From assembly GCA_024137785.1 (NCBI GenBank), contig JAHRHZ010000218.1, forward strand, positions 5,213,307-5,277,306: a stretch of 64,000 nt of DNA, written 5' to 3'. The notes under the pieces are model-generated. The model saw only the letters and a list, made by a program, of their open reading frames with translations, did no database searches and was not told where the DNA came from. This document shows positions 38,001 through 49,029 of this stretch, piece after piece (positions within the stretch are counted from its first letter, which is position 1; the number at the start of each line of letters is the position of its first letter). This DNA comes from Ginglymostoma cirratum. Lineage: Eukaryota. A program made the position numbers and the translations under genes.

Positions 38001-41000
38001 AAGATAAGAGCCCATAATTTTGAGACAACGGCATGGATAGGGGATTGGCTGACTGACAGAAGGCAGAAAATAGGGATAAAGGAGTTTTTTCAGGAAGGCA
38101 GCCAGTGACTAGTGGAGTTCCGCAGTGGCCTGTGTTGAGACGACAACTATTCACGTTATACATTAACGATCTGGATGAAGGAACTGAGGGCATTGCTGCT
38201 AAGTTTGCACTTGGCACGAAGATAAAGGGAGGGGCAGGTATTGTTGAGGAAGCAGGGATGCTACAGAAGGACTTGGACAGGCTAGGAAAGTAGGCAAAGA
38301 AGTAACAAATGGAATATAATTTGGTGGACTTTGGTAGGAAGAATAGAGGCATATGTTATTTTCTACATGGGGAAAGGTTTCAGAAATCTGAAGTACAAAG
38401 GGACTTGTCCTACTTCACAATTCTCTTAAGGTTAACATGCAGGTTCAGTTAGCAGATGGAAAGCAAATGCACTGTTAGCATTCATTTCAAGAGGGCTGAA
38501 ATGCAAGAGCAAAGATGCACTGCTGAGGCTGTATAAGGCTCTGGTCAGACTACATTTGGAATATTATGAGTAGTTTTGGACCCTGTATCTAAGAAAGGAT
38601 GTACTGGCATTGGAGAGGGTCCAGAAGAGCTTTACAAGAATGATTCTGGGGATGAAGGGCTTGGATATGAGGAGCAATTGAGAAGTCTGTGTCTGTACTT
38701 GATAGAGTTTAGAAATTTGAGGGGGTAACGTCACTGAAACTTAAAAGAATACTGAGAGGCCTGAATAGAATAGATATGGAAAAGATGTTTCCAAGAGTAG
38801 GAGAGATGAGGGCCTATGGGCACAGCCTCAGAATGAAGGGATGATCTTTTAGAACTGAGATGAGGAGGAATTTCTTCAGCCTGAGAATCTTGAAGCTGTG
38901 GAATGCATTGTCAAAGAAGGCTATGAAGGTCAAGTCATTGAGTGTATTTAAGACAGAGATAGATAGGTTCTTGATTGGTGAGGGGATCAAGGGTTACTGG
39001 GGGAAGGCAGGAGAATAGGGTTGAGAAACATATCAGCCATGTGCGGGCTCGATAGGACTAATGGCCTAATTCTGCTCCTATATTTTATGGTCTCACTCAA
39101 ATTCTCAGCAGCTTGGACAAAGTTGACCACACAATTCTCTTCCAATATCTCTCTGCTGTAGTGCAGCTGGATGGAATTATAACTGTCTGATTCCAGCCTT
39201 GCCTATTTTCTCATAGCAAGAGCATCACTTGAAATGGTTTCTCTTACTGTTCCCACACTAATACATCTGGTGTTGCCCAAAGATCAATCCTTGGCTCTGT
39301 CCTTTTTTTTTGCATGTTGCCCTCCTATGATATTGGTCAAAATGCAGTGTTAGTTTTCATTTGTACACTTACAACATTCATCTCTACTTCTTCACTACTG
39401 TTAAGTTATTAAACTGCTTGTCCAACATCCAGAGCTGAATGAGCAAATATTTCTCCGAATTAAGTATTTGGACAACCAAAGCTTGTCTTTTCAGTCCTGA
39501 ATACAAGCTTCATTTTTTAGTTCCAAACATAGCCCTCTATGAGGCTAAATAAGAGTGTTCATAACTTTGAACCTGTGTCAAGCTTCTGACGTCTTATCTG
39601 CCCAAAACTAATACCATCCCCTGCTCCCCAACCTCAGCTCTGCCACAGCTCATCGGTTGGTAAAATCATTATCCATTCCTTCATCATTTTAAGGCTTAAC
39701 TATTCCAGAACTCTTCTGCTTGATCTTATACTTCACACCATCCAACATCATTCAAACCTATACTGCTTGTGACCTTACATTAAGACCTGTTCACTAATCA
39801 GTACTGTGCTCATTGGCCTGCATTGGCTCTGGATATGCAATCGCTATTTCAAAGTTCTCTCTGTTGTTCTTGACTTCCTGCAAGTCTCTATCTCCTCCTT
39901 AAATTTACTCAATGGTCCAGCAATCACTGCATCCTGGGGTAGGGAATTCCAGATTTATATCCCTTTGAGAGAAATAATGTGTCTTGATCTCTGTTTTAAA
40001 TCTGCCACCCCTTATCATAAAACTATTAACTCTTGTTCTAGATGATCTTGTTCTTGTTCTAGAAGGTAACTGGAGCTGAGTCCATGAAAAGATCTTATCA
40101 AATGGCAATGCAGGCTCAAGGGGCTACATGGCCTACTCCTGCTCCTATTTCTTACATTCTTATGTAGATTGCCCACATGAGAAAACATCCTTTCTATGTC
40201 TATTTAGTCAATTCCCTTCAGCATCTTATATACCTCTGTTACATCTCCTCTCATTCTTCTAAGCTCCAGAGAGTACTGGCATTAACTGCTCACTCTCTCT
40301 TCTTAAGACAAACCCTGTCATTTTTGGAATCAGCCTAGCAAATCTCCTCTGAACTGCCTGCAATACAACTGCATCCTCCCTCAAGTAAGAGGACACAATA
40401 TTCCAGATGCAGTCTCACTATTCCCCTGTACATTTGTAGCAACACTTTACTTTAATATTCTCTTCCTTTAGCAATAAATGCCTATACCTACATTCTAGTT
40501 TTCTGTAGTTCATGCACATGGACACCCGAAGCACTCTGAAGTTTCTCTTCATTTAACTAATAAATTGCTTTCCTATTCCTCTGACCAAAATAGATAACCT
40601 CATGCCTATTCATGTTAAACTTTACCTGCCACATTTTGGCCCATTCACCTAACCTCTCCAAATCCATTTGTAAATTTCTTACTTCTTCATCACAGCTTAT
40701 TTTCCCTCCTATTTTGGCATCATATGTAAATTTGGCTATAGTATTCTCTATCCCCGCATCCAAGTCATTAATCTTGATTATCAACAGTTGGGCCCAAGAA
40801 CCGAAATCTGTCCACCCCAATCTTGCACATCTTGCTGACTAGAAAACGCCCATTTATCCTAACTGTCTGTTTTAATTGGTTAGCCAATCCTTTTTCCAAG
40901 CTAATAATTTACCCCTAACCCCATTTGATATTAGCTTGTGTATTAACCTTTCGCACAGTACCTTGACAATGGTTTCTGGAAATCCACATATACTACATCT

Positions 41001-42239
41001 GCAGGACCCCCATTATCTATCTTGCTTGTTACATTTTGAAGAACTCTAGCAAATTAATCAAACATGATTTACCCTTCATAATGCCACACTGACACTGATG
41101 GGTTGCATTTTGACTTCCCAAATGTGCTGTTATTACTTTGTGAACTATGGATTCTGACCATTTGCCACTGACTGGCGTGTGGTTTTCTACATTCTGCCTC
41201 CCTGTCTTTTTGAATAAGGGCATTACATTTAGCACTTTTCCAATCAACTGGAACCTTTCCTGCATCCGGGAATTTTGGAATTTTTTAACCAATGGACCCT
41301 CTACCTTTGCTGCCACTTCCTTTAAGACTCTAAGATGTAGGCCATCAAGCCTTGGATATTTGTCTGTCTTCAATCCCAATAGTTTGCTTATTACATTTTC
41401 CTTAGTAATGATGATTCTTCCAAGTTATCAATTTGTAGAACCTCTGTATAACCTGTCACCATTGGGTTGGTACTAGTGGCCTCACCATGAAAACTGCGGA
41501 AAAATATTGATTTAGTTACTTTGTCATTTCTGTGTTCCCCACTTATGGTCCTGGAGCAAGACTGGAACCACTATTAACTCCCCAGTCTTATCCTCCAAGG
41601 AAACAACATACACTCTAGCTACTCTCTTTCCTTTTATATACATACAGAAGTGTTTTCTGTCCATCTTTATATTTTGAGCTTCTTTTTATAATTTACCTTT
41701 GCTCTTCTCATTACGTTTTAGCAACCCTTTGTTGATCTTTTAATGTTTCCCATTCTTCCAGCCTTTCACTTACCTTTGTAATATGATATGCTTTGGTTTT
41801 TGACTTTATATTATCTTTAAATTCCTTGCCTAGCCGTATATATTTCCCCTCCTTAATACAAGAGTTTTGGCACATGCTAAATGAATTGGAATATTAATTA
41901 GAAATAAAATGACTGCATATTTGGTCTTTTCTGAACATTTAATGATTTTGCACAAAACAGTACTATGTATTCAATAACAGTTGTATCTAAACTAAAATAT
42001 CTTCTTATAGCTGCAAGAATTGTGGTCGACAAGAATCTCCACAAGAACCTCAGTGCAAGCCCAAACCTCCACCTACTGATGAATGCTATGCTCATGACGA
42101 CCAATCATGCAGAGATTATCAACGCTACTTAGGAACTGCTAAATACTCCAAGCATCAAGAGGAACACTTGATTCAAAAACCTACAGTGAGACCTTTTGAA
42201 ACAACAGTAGATCCAAATTCTTTTTCAGATGCTCCATAA
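25952..42239 (+). CDS. JCHAIN: Immunoglobulin J chain, spliced gene join(25952..26018,31488..31614,32919..32999,42011..42239), 167 aa
   Basis: Four GT-AG bounded exons (67+127+81+229 = 504 nt) join in frame: MMKSKDMLGVLAAILFYTALSAAKSERNLLVSSKCKLLEVSSKMIVTELPNGEKVEQLVRDIKIIVPLRSRENISDPTSPIRTKFVYKISDFCKNCGRQESPQEPQCKPKPPPTDECYAHDDQSCRDYQRYLGTAKYSKHQEEHLIQKPTVRPFETTVDPNSFSDAP*. The core IIVPLRSRENISDPTSPIRTKFVYKISDFCKNC matches mammalian IIVPLNNRENISDPTSPLRTRFVYHLSDLCKKC. Confidence 0.96.
27490..28235 (+). mobile_element. CR1 LINE 3' fragment in JCHAIN intron 1
   Basis: RDLGV, KANG.L..I, LY..LVR.HL motifs with stops and frameshifts. Confidence 0.75.
28245..28625 (+). mobile_element. Non-autonomous retroelement with AATAAA + (TTCTA)n tail, inserted in CR1
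   Basis: GC-rich body ending gacaataaatttctattctattcta. Confidence 0.45.
29395..29520 (+). mobile_element. Penelope-like terminal fragment (family B) with hammerhead-like motif
   Basis: AGTT-CTGAAGA-ACAGTAGTATTCGACTC-GAAACATT-AATT followed by cagatgttgctaaacctactgagtatttccagca. Confidence 0.6.
29830..30151 (-). mobile_element. HE1-type V-SINE
   Basis: Full head, V-domain and tail, as at 17198-17507. Confidence 0.9.
31488..31614 (+). CDS. JCHAIN: JCHAIN exon 2 (AKSERNLLVSSKCKLLEVSSKMIVTELPNGEKVEQLVRDIKII)
   Basis: Acceptor ctctatcgttacag|, donor AT|gtaagt; aligns with human ERIVLVDNKCKCARITSRII...VERNIRII. Confidence 0.93.
31943..32268 (+). mobile_element. HE1-type V-SINE in JCHAIN intron 2
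   Basis: CCAGGGACCGGGTTTGATACC B-box; TGTGTGGAGTTTGCATGTTCTCCC V-domain. Confidence 0.85.
32919..32999 (+). CDS. JCHAIN: JCHAIN exon 3 (VPLRSRENISDPTSPIRTKFVYKISD), includes conserved N-I-S glycosylation sequon
   Basis: Acceptor ttctttcatttcag|, donor TT|gtatga; 81 nt, phase 2-2; strongest J-chain signature. Confidence 0.97.
34279..34451 (+). repeat. 20-bp tandem array, about 8.5 copies, consensus GTACTTAAAGCTAGCCTGCA
   Basis: Directly visible head-to-tail units with no spacers. Confidence 0.93.
35317..36056. mobile_element. Penelope-like fold-back insertion spanning assembly gap 1
   Basis: Inverted termini gagataacaaggtgtagagc...gctctacaccttgttatctc; TSD acaccttcattct (35304-35316) / atgacttcattct (36057-36069). 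Confidence 0.85.
35535..35934. other. Assembly gap (400 N)
   Basis: Run of N. Confidence 1.
37216..37420 (-). mobile_element. Two tandem Penelope-like terminal fragments (family A then family B)
   Basis: gagatagtaagaactgcagatgctgg... terminus; minus-strand CTGAGGAAGGGTCACCGGACCCAAAATGTT at 37382-37411. Confidence 0.7.
37905..39092 (+). mobile_element. CR1 LINE, RT to 3' end
   Basis: VDVFYLDFQKAFDKV, TSGVPQ.PVL...LFTLYINDL and 3' tail ctgctcctatattttatggtct. Confidence 0.92.
39100..39890 (+). mobile_element. Old L2 LINE RT fragment
   Basis: Decayed AA.D.VDH.ILL and SGV.Q.SILG motifs; L2-type 3' region (gcctgcattggctc). Confidence 0.6.
39890..41880 (-). mobile_element. CR1 LINE fragment(s) ending just before JCHAIN exon 4
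   Basis: LKTDKYPRLDGLHLRVLKEVA, KGKSCLINLLEFF, INDLDAGIE..IAKF..DAKIGG. Confidence 0.88.
42011..42239 (+). CDS. JCHAIN: JCHAIN exon 4 (FCKNC...DECYAHDDQSC...FETTVDPNSFSDAP*)
   Basis: Acceptor atcttcttatag|, phase 2 gives F-CKNC directly after ISD; ECYAHDDQSC has the same spacing as human TCYTYDRNKC; stop TAA at 42237-42239. Confidence 0.92.
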
Positions 42240-42363
42240 ATTGTTCTAAAGATTTTATAAATAACTACTCCTGTTTCTTTATGGCTCTCTACCTTTGCTA
42301 TTTAGCTCTAATGGCATTCTGCCTTCATCAAATAGAAAATAACAGTTTGAACTCTGGTTTCAT

Positions 42364-42369
42364 AATAAA
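42364..42369 (+). terminator. Probable JCHAIN polyadenylation signal
   Basis: AATAAA about 125 nt after the stop, followed by GT/T-rich sequence; alternative ATTAAA at 42498-42503. Confidence 0.65.
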
Positions 42370-42523
42370 CACCACTTTCTGTATCATGTATCATTTGTAT
42401 AAAGGTATCATGGTTTGTTTCACAAAAACAAAAGAAATTGAGACAATGTGAAAATGCTAGCACTAAATACTGTTTTCTACAAAAGCATGCTACAACAATT
42501 AAAATATATAAAACCATAGTTTA

Positions 42524-43467
42524 GCTAGAGGAACACAGCAGGCCAGGCAGCATCAGAGGAGCAGGAAAGCTGACATTTTGGGCCAGGACCCTTCTTCAGA
42601 AATGGGGAGGGGGAAGGGAGCTCAGAAATAAACAGAGGAGGGGTGGGGCTGGGGAAGATAGATGGAATGGTGATAGGTGAGTGCAGTTGGGGAGTGGTGG
42701 GGATTGGTCAATGAGGTGGGAGGAGCGGATAGGTGGGAGAGATAATGGACAGGTTGTGTCAGGTCAAGGAGGTGGGGATGAGAGGGAAGGTTGGACGTGG
42801 AATGAGGCTAGGGGTAGGGAGATTTTAAAACAGGTGAATTCCATGTTTAGGCGATTGGGTGTAGGCTCCCGAGGCAAACAGGGGTTCACCTGTACATCCC
42901 CCAACTCGGTCCACTGTATCCACCGCTCCCAATGACCCCTTCCGGTCGCCAACAATTTTAACTCCCCCTCCCACTCCCTGGGTGACATGTCCATTCTGGG
43001 CCTTCTCCAGAACCACAATGATACCTCACGCAAACTGGAGGAGCAACACCTCATATTCTGCCTCAGGCACCTACAGCCCGATGGCTTAAACAAGGAATTC
43101 ACCAGTGTTAAAATCTCCCCACCCCCGGCCTCATCCCATGTCCAACCCTCCTTCTCATCCCCACGTCCTTGACCTGACACAACCTGTCCACCTTCTCTCC
43201 CACCTATTTGCCCCATGCATCCCACTGACCAATCCCCACCACTCCCTACCTGCACTCACCTGTCACCATCTCACCTACCTTACCCTGCCGCACCCCTCCT
43301 CTCTCTATTTATTTCCCAGCTCCCTTCCCCCTCCCCATTTCTGAAGAAGGGTCCTGAACCAAAATATGAACTTTCCTGCTCCTCTGATGCTGCCCGGCCT
43401 GCTGTGTTCCTCCAGCTCCAAACTGTGCAGTCTCGGATTCCAACATCTGCAGTTGTTACTATCTCTG
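42524..43467. mobile_element. Fully sequenced Penelope-like fold-back element directly downstream of JCHAIN
   Basis: 42524-~42870 is the reverse complement of ~43060-43418; centre encodes a GIY-YIG tail (MSILGLLQ...RKLEEQHLIF); possible decayed TSD taaaaccatagt (42509-42520) / tacaaccttagt (43475-43486). Confidence 0.88.
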
Positions 43468-45849
43468 AGTGATTTACAACCTTAGTCAAGAATGTTTCCA
43501 GAAAAGAAGTGAACAATTTGGTTCATCAAACATCCATGTTTCCTCTATGACTCTATGCAATCCTTTCTGACAAGATAATTGAACCTGCAAATCTTCTCCT
43601 TTCTTTCCTCGAATGTAACTGTCAGAAGCACTATTTCCCTCACGGAATTAGGTTTACTCCAAATGCACTCACATATGAAGCTCTCAACCATATTTATAGG
43701 TCAGCTGAAGGTGGAGAGAGATGCAATAGCATGGGAGAGTTTACAGAAAAGAGTTCAGAAATATAAAGTCACAATGGCTGAAAATGAAAGGGAGGATACA
43801 GAAGCAAGCCAGAGTCAAAGAAACAAAGTTTCTAAGGCATGGGGCAAAACATGGTTGAAAATGTAGAAGGTTAGGGCACGGATCATGGTGGAATGAGTGA
43901 AGGAAGTGGAGGGTTTTGACATCAAAGCATTGAGGACAGGAAGCTATCAGTGATCAGCACAAACAACAGTGATAAATGAATAGGTGTTAGTACTCAAAAG
44001 AAAGTGAGTGTTCAAAGTTTTGACAAGTTTGGGTGAATCACAGAAGATCAATGAGGAGAGTGCTGAGACGACAGGTGTGATTGAGAATTACAGTCCTGTT
44101 GGAAGTATGCTATGCTAATAAGATATTAAAGATCAGAGCTGGGTGATCTTGGTAACTGAGAAGCTTTTACAATAGCAGGTAAGTTTATGCCAAATGTGAC
44201 CCTGCCCATTGACTCCAGCCTGATGATTCAGAAAAACAAAGTGCCTTTTCGATTTTGGATGGTGACAACTAGGCTCATTTATGACTTGATGTCAAGCAAG
44301 CTCCAAACAATGTAAACAATCCAGGGTCATGACAGAGATAATATCAGATCTTGTCGACATAAATAGGAAGAGGTATGGTTTTGACAGTTTTGAAAACAAG
44401 TATAAGCTATTTAAAATAGAGGCATTGTCAGAACAAGCGGCTATGAAGGTCACTCAACAGGATGGAGAGTGATGAGTCCTTCCTCAGGGCAACCCTTGTC
44501 CTCTTTGATCTGTGGATCCATGATTGGTTTGCTGAAAGCTGGCAAATGGCAGCCTTGTTTTTAGGGAATGAGTAGGAGTTATGCCACAGTTAGTCAATGC
44601 CACACACCATTCTTGGGATTAATGTGAGCAGTTCAGAGCACCACATCTTAGCATGTGAACTTATGTGAACTTTGGAGATATGAGTGCCCCCTTTGGTGGG
44701 AATGTAATATAGATTCACGAGAAGAAACATGGACTCCAAGAGTTAAATTATAAGGAGAGATAATACAACCAATGTTGTATTTTCTGACACCTCAAAGATT
44801 AAGGTTTAGACAATTTGATGAAAAATCTTCAAGATATTAAGGGAACAGATGGAAATCAAAATAGGTGCGAGCTTCCCTCCATGAGGTGTTGAGAATAATA
44901 GCTGGTATATGATTTAATTGGGTGAGGGACCAAAAACCAGATTCTTGTCACCATGATAAACTCTTACAATTAAATTTCCCGTCCTTAAGTGAGATCAAGC
45001 AGGTCATGAGAAGCCTATCTGTGTGCATTTATATCTCAATAACTACACAACTCCCCTATTAACTCACTTTTCTTGATTATTGTATCCCAGATTAAGAAAC
45101 ATGAATGCTCAAAACATCACTAGCAAAAGCTAAGCGGGTACCTATCAAGGTCAATCCTCCGAATTGAAATGGACAAGTTCATGGCTTTGCCAGCTATTTT
45201 CTTTTGTGTCAATTTATTTGGAACTGCTTCAATTGCAATAGGTGCTTTCATTGTCACTGGCCTGGACCCTTCATCCACGCAACTGGGCAACTCGTTAACT
45301 ACAGAATATGTCCTCAGCCAGGCTTAGAGAGCACCTCTTGCTTCTAACAGCCAGGCAGACTGAAGCATAATTTCTTGGTGTAGAGGTAGCATGAACAGAC
45401 ATGGGGAGCTATGCATCTTCCGGCTTTAGCAGAGAGAGAACGTCTGGCATCTTGTGGCCTGTGGGCAGTGTTTTAGCACAGCGGGACAGACAGGAAGCTT
45501 GGGGCTCCAAAAATAGTGATGAGTACATGCTAAGAGGGTCACTGTGCGGCACAGTGCTGCATCAACATCAGAGCTACAGCATGTGCCAGCAGCTCACGGG
45601 GCCAACACACTTCATGTGCTTGAATAGAATTGCAAAGTATGAAAGCCAGAGGGGAGGTCTCTTTACTGATGTGAGAGTGGACAGTCAGTCAAGGGGTGCT
45701 GCCATGTTCAGTCCATGGTCTGAACCATTTCTTTCTTTTTGTTCATCATCATTACTTTCATTGTCACTCCAAGTATTTCATAGAATTTCATAGAATCCCT
45801 ACAGTGTGGAAACTGGTTATTCGGCCCAAAGTGTCCACACCAAACCTCA

Positions 45850-46830
45850 CTACTTCTTCTGAATGCTACAAGATACAAGCCCAACTTGTTCAATCTTTTC
45901 TCCTAAAAAGACCTATCATTCCAGTATGTCTGAGAATATTTGGTCTGAACTGCTTCCAATGCTTTTACATCCTTCCTTGAAGAATGTGATCAATTCTGTA
46001 CAAAGGACACCAGGTGGGATCTTACCAGTGTGCTATATAACCGAAGCATAAGCCCCCTACTTTCGTGTTCAGTTCCCATCACAATGAATGAAAATGGTCT
46101 ATCACTTTTCTGAATTACTCAATATACCTGCAGAGGAACCTTTCGCATTTCATGCATGAGAAAACATGGATTTTGCTAACTCAGAGCTTTGCAATCTCTC
46201 ACCATTGAGATAATATGCTTCTTTTTTGCTTCATCATGCCAAAATACACCTTCATCAGTTGGGACGGAAGTGATAGTTTTCCTTGAACTTGTTTGACCTG
46301 AAGCCGTGAGACTCCAAGGACTCAATATTTAGGACTTGCCAATTTGCCAGCGGGATGGGATATTCCCAGGGATGGTGATGGAGGAGTCTGGGATGTTTCC
46401 AAATTGACATGATTCAATGAGTAGCACTGCTACTTGTCCAGTCTGTGGGCAGTTCTCCTTCACTTATAGACTTGTCCTCAGATCTTCAAAGGAGAGATTA
46501 TACAGATTTCACTGGGCTGAGATCAGCTTCATCTTACGCTGACAGAGTGCCAGAATTATTCAAACCTCTCTCTGATTTTCTCTTATTATTGGACTTTTTA
46601 GTGATTACTTATCATTGTTCACTCAGTCACTTTCAGAGGACAGTTCAGAATCAACCATGTTGTGTGGGATTGGACTCACATGTATACCAGGCCAGGCAGT
46701 TGTTGCAGGTTTCCTTCCCTGAAGGACAATATTTAGGATAAGCTGAAAGTTCTCATATTTTTAAATTGAATGGATTAGAGCAAATTCCAAAGTTTCTTAA
46801 ATTCAGCTTCACAACATGGAATGGTTGAGG
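45850..46830 (-). mobile_element. CR1 fragment (45850-46250) and tRNA-headed LINE 5' fragment (46260-46830)
   Basis: Similar to 7350-7980 (ccagggatggtgatggaggagtctggga; tttccttccctgaaggaca). Confidence 0.55.
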
Positions 46831-47559
46831 TAAAGAGCAGAGATGACATTAAGAGGAAAGTGGATAAGTACATGAGGGGGATAGCATCAGAAGGATATGT
46901 TGATCGGGTAAGCTGAAGGGGGATACAAGGCAATTCAGCAGAGAAAATTAGGTTTCCTTTTTCTGTTTTACAGAAGTATTGAACAGCACTTCATCAGAGA
47001 ATGCAGACATGATAAAACCTTACCGTCATCCAAGGAACAATTGCACAATTATGGGAAGACATCTAGGCCCTTCAATTGCTTAACACAGAGGAGGTTGGGC
47101 AGTGAAACCATCATCTGGAAATTGGTCAGATCAAGGGAACTTTAACATATCACCAGATCTGAAACTGGTCAGTGGTGTGAAGCCTTCCATCAGAATCAAC
47201 CTTTCTGAAGGTTCGGCAGTGGGTGATATCAGGTTGAGGCTGGGAAGAAGTATGAATGGACTCCATGTGGTGAGAGCTTCAATCATTCACTGAGCCTGAG
47301 GTATCTCTAACTCATTCCTGAAGGTGAGAGGCTGTTTGTGTGTGAGAAGGGCTCCGCAGGTTCATAAAATTTTGTAACAACCAAGTTGCATCTGTATAAC
47401 AAAGTTACAACTGAAGAGCACCTTGTGCACACCCTGTGTGTCCCAAGACGTCCAAAGATGCCAGAAAAGCTCTGCCGCAGACCCCACACCCGAAGGGTCA
47501 GTCTCCTGCATGGACCCTCCAATGGAGAAGACCCAATGACCTCGAGCACAACCCGTCAC

Positions 47560-48490
47560 ACACCCTGCATGCGAATTTACTGAAACTCCCTTCCAAAGCC
47601 ACATCTCATTCCTCAGCGAGTACTTCCAGCTCAGACTCACTCCACATGGATTCCAATTGAAGTTTCATCCTTTGTGTTTTGAATCCACCCAGGATCACAG
47701 ATATCTCCATGATGTACAATGTTCCTCAAACAGCTGGCCTCACCACATCCTGAGATCCACACCGCTATATGCACACTCTTGATTGCTCTCCCCATCAGCA
47801 CTGGCTCAGAGCTGCCCTGACCCCAAGTTCTACTTCATCCTCCAGCTTGTTCAATGTTCTAACAAGAAGCTTTTTCTCTTCCTATAAGGCATTAAGGAAC
47901 GCAAGTCGCAACAGCTCAGAGATACCCACACCCCTCTAGAACATCCCTCCCCTTCCCTACTTCTCCATCCCTTCTCCTAACCCTACCTTTTGTCAGCTGT
48001 CTACTATCCCTTCTGACTTTCCACTCTCTGATGCCTGAAGTTCTGTACTCAGAAAAATGAGTTTTGGGCACGATTTGACATTGAACTTTTCTTCTGCCAC
48101 CTTCGCCTCAGTGCCCATTTCTTTGGACAAAAGGCCTCTCCCTGATTCACAGATCCCTTCACCTACCTCCAACACTCTCGCTCCACTTGGACCTCTCCCT
48201 CCGGCCCTGCACTTGACCTGTTCATCGAGAACTGAGATTGGTTGCCATAATTTCTCTGCCCCCCACCCCTACCCATTCAAACCTATCTCCCTCTGAACTG
48301 ACCGCACTCCGTGCTCTCCTGTCTAACCCTGAATTTGTAATCAAGCCTGCCAACAATGATGCTGGTGTTGTCTGCTCTACTGACCTTTACATTGAGGAGG
48401 CTGAGCTCCTATCACTTCCTGGAACATGACCCACCATCAAATATAAGGCACTGGATTCATGACAGTCACTGATCTCATTTGGGGATCTCC
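47560..48490 (+). mobile_element. Penelope-like element N-terminal/RT-proximal remnant
   Basis: HISFLS....RLTPHGFQLKFHP and SNLSPSELTALRALLSNPEFVIKPA (PLE KPADKG motif). Confidence 0.75.
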
Positions 48491-48494
48491 CAAA

Positions 48495-48995
48495 CAAGAA
48501 CAGGCAGGGAAACGCTGTTGAAAAGAACAGGGTAGGTGGTCTGAAATGCATGTGTTTCAATGCAAGAAGTATAATAGGCATGGTAGATGAACTCAGAGCT
48601 TTGGTTAGTACTTCAAACTATGACATTATTGGGATTACGGAGACTTGGCTGAAAGAGGGACAGGACTGGCAGCTGAATGTCCCAGCATTTAGATGCTTCC
48701 GGTGTGACAGAAGGGGATGTAAAAGGGGTTGGGCAGTTTCAATACTGGTAAACGAGTTTCTCACAGTTGTACTGAGGGAGGATACATCAGAGGACTTGTG
48801 CAGCAAGGCAGTATGGGTAGAGGTCAGGAATAGGAAAGGTGAAATCACAATGCTGGGGTTATACTACAAGCCTCACAACAGCCAGCAGGAGATAAAGGAG
48901 CAAATCTGTAGACAGAATTTGGAAAGATGTAAAAACTGCAGGGTTGTTGTGGTGAGTGATTTTAACTTCCCCTGAATTGACTGGGACTCACTTCA
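48495..48995 (+). mobile_element. CR1 ORF2 endonuclease fragment
   Basis: CFNARSI..VDELRA....NYDIIGITETWL...GLYYKP...VVVVSDFNFP. Confidence 0.9.
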
Positions 48996-49029
48996 GGGTT
49001 GGTGACTATGATCTTAGAGGCTGTGGGGT

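Noticed and set aside
41898-42104. Minus-strand 68-aa ORF overlapping JCHAIN exon 4
   Set aside because: Antisense shadow of the real exon.
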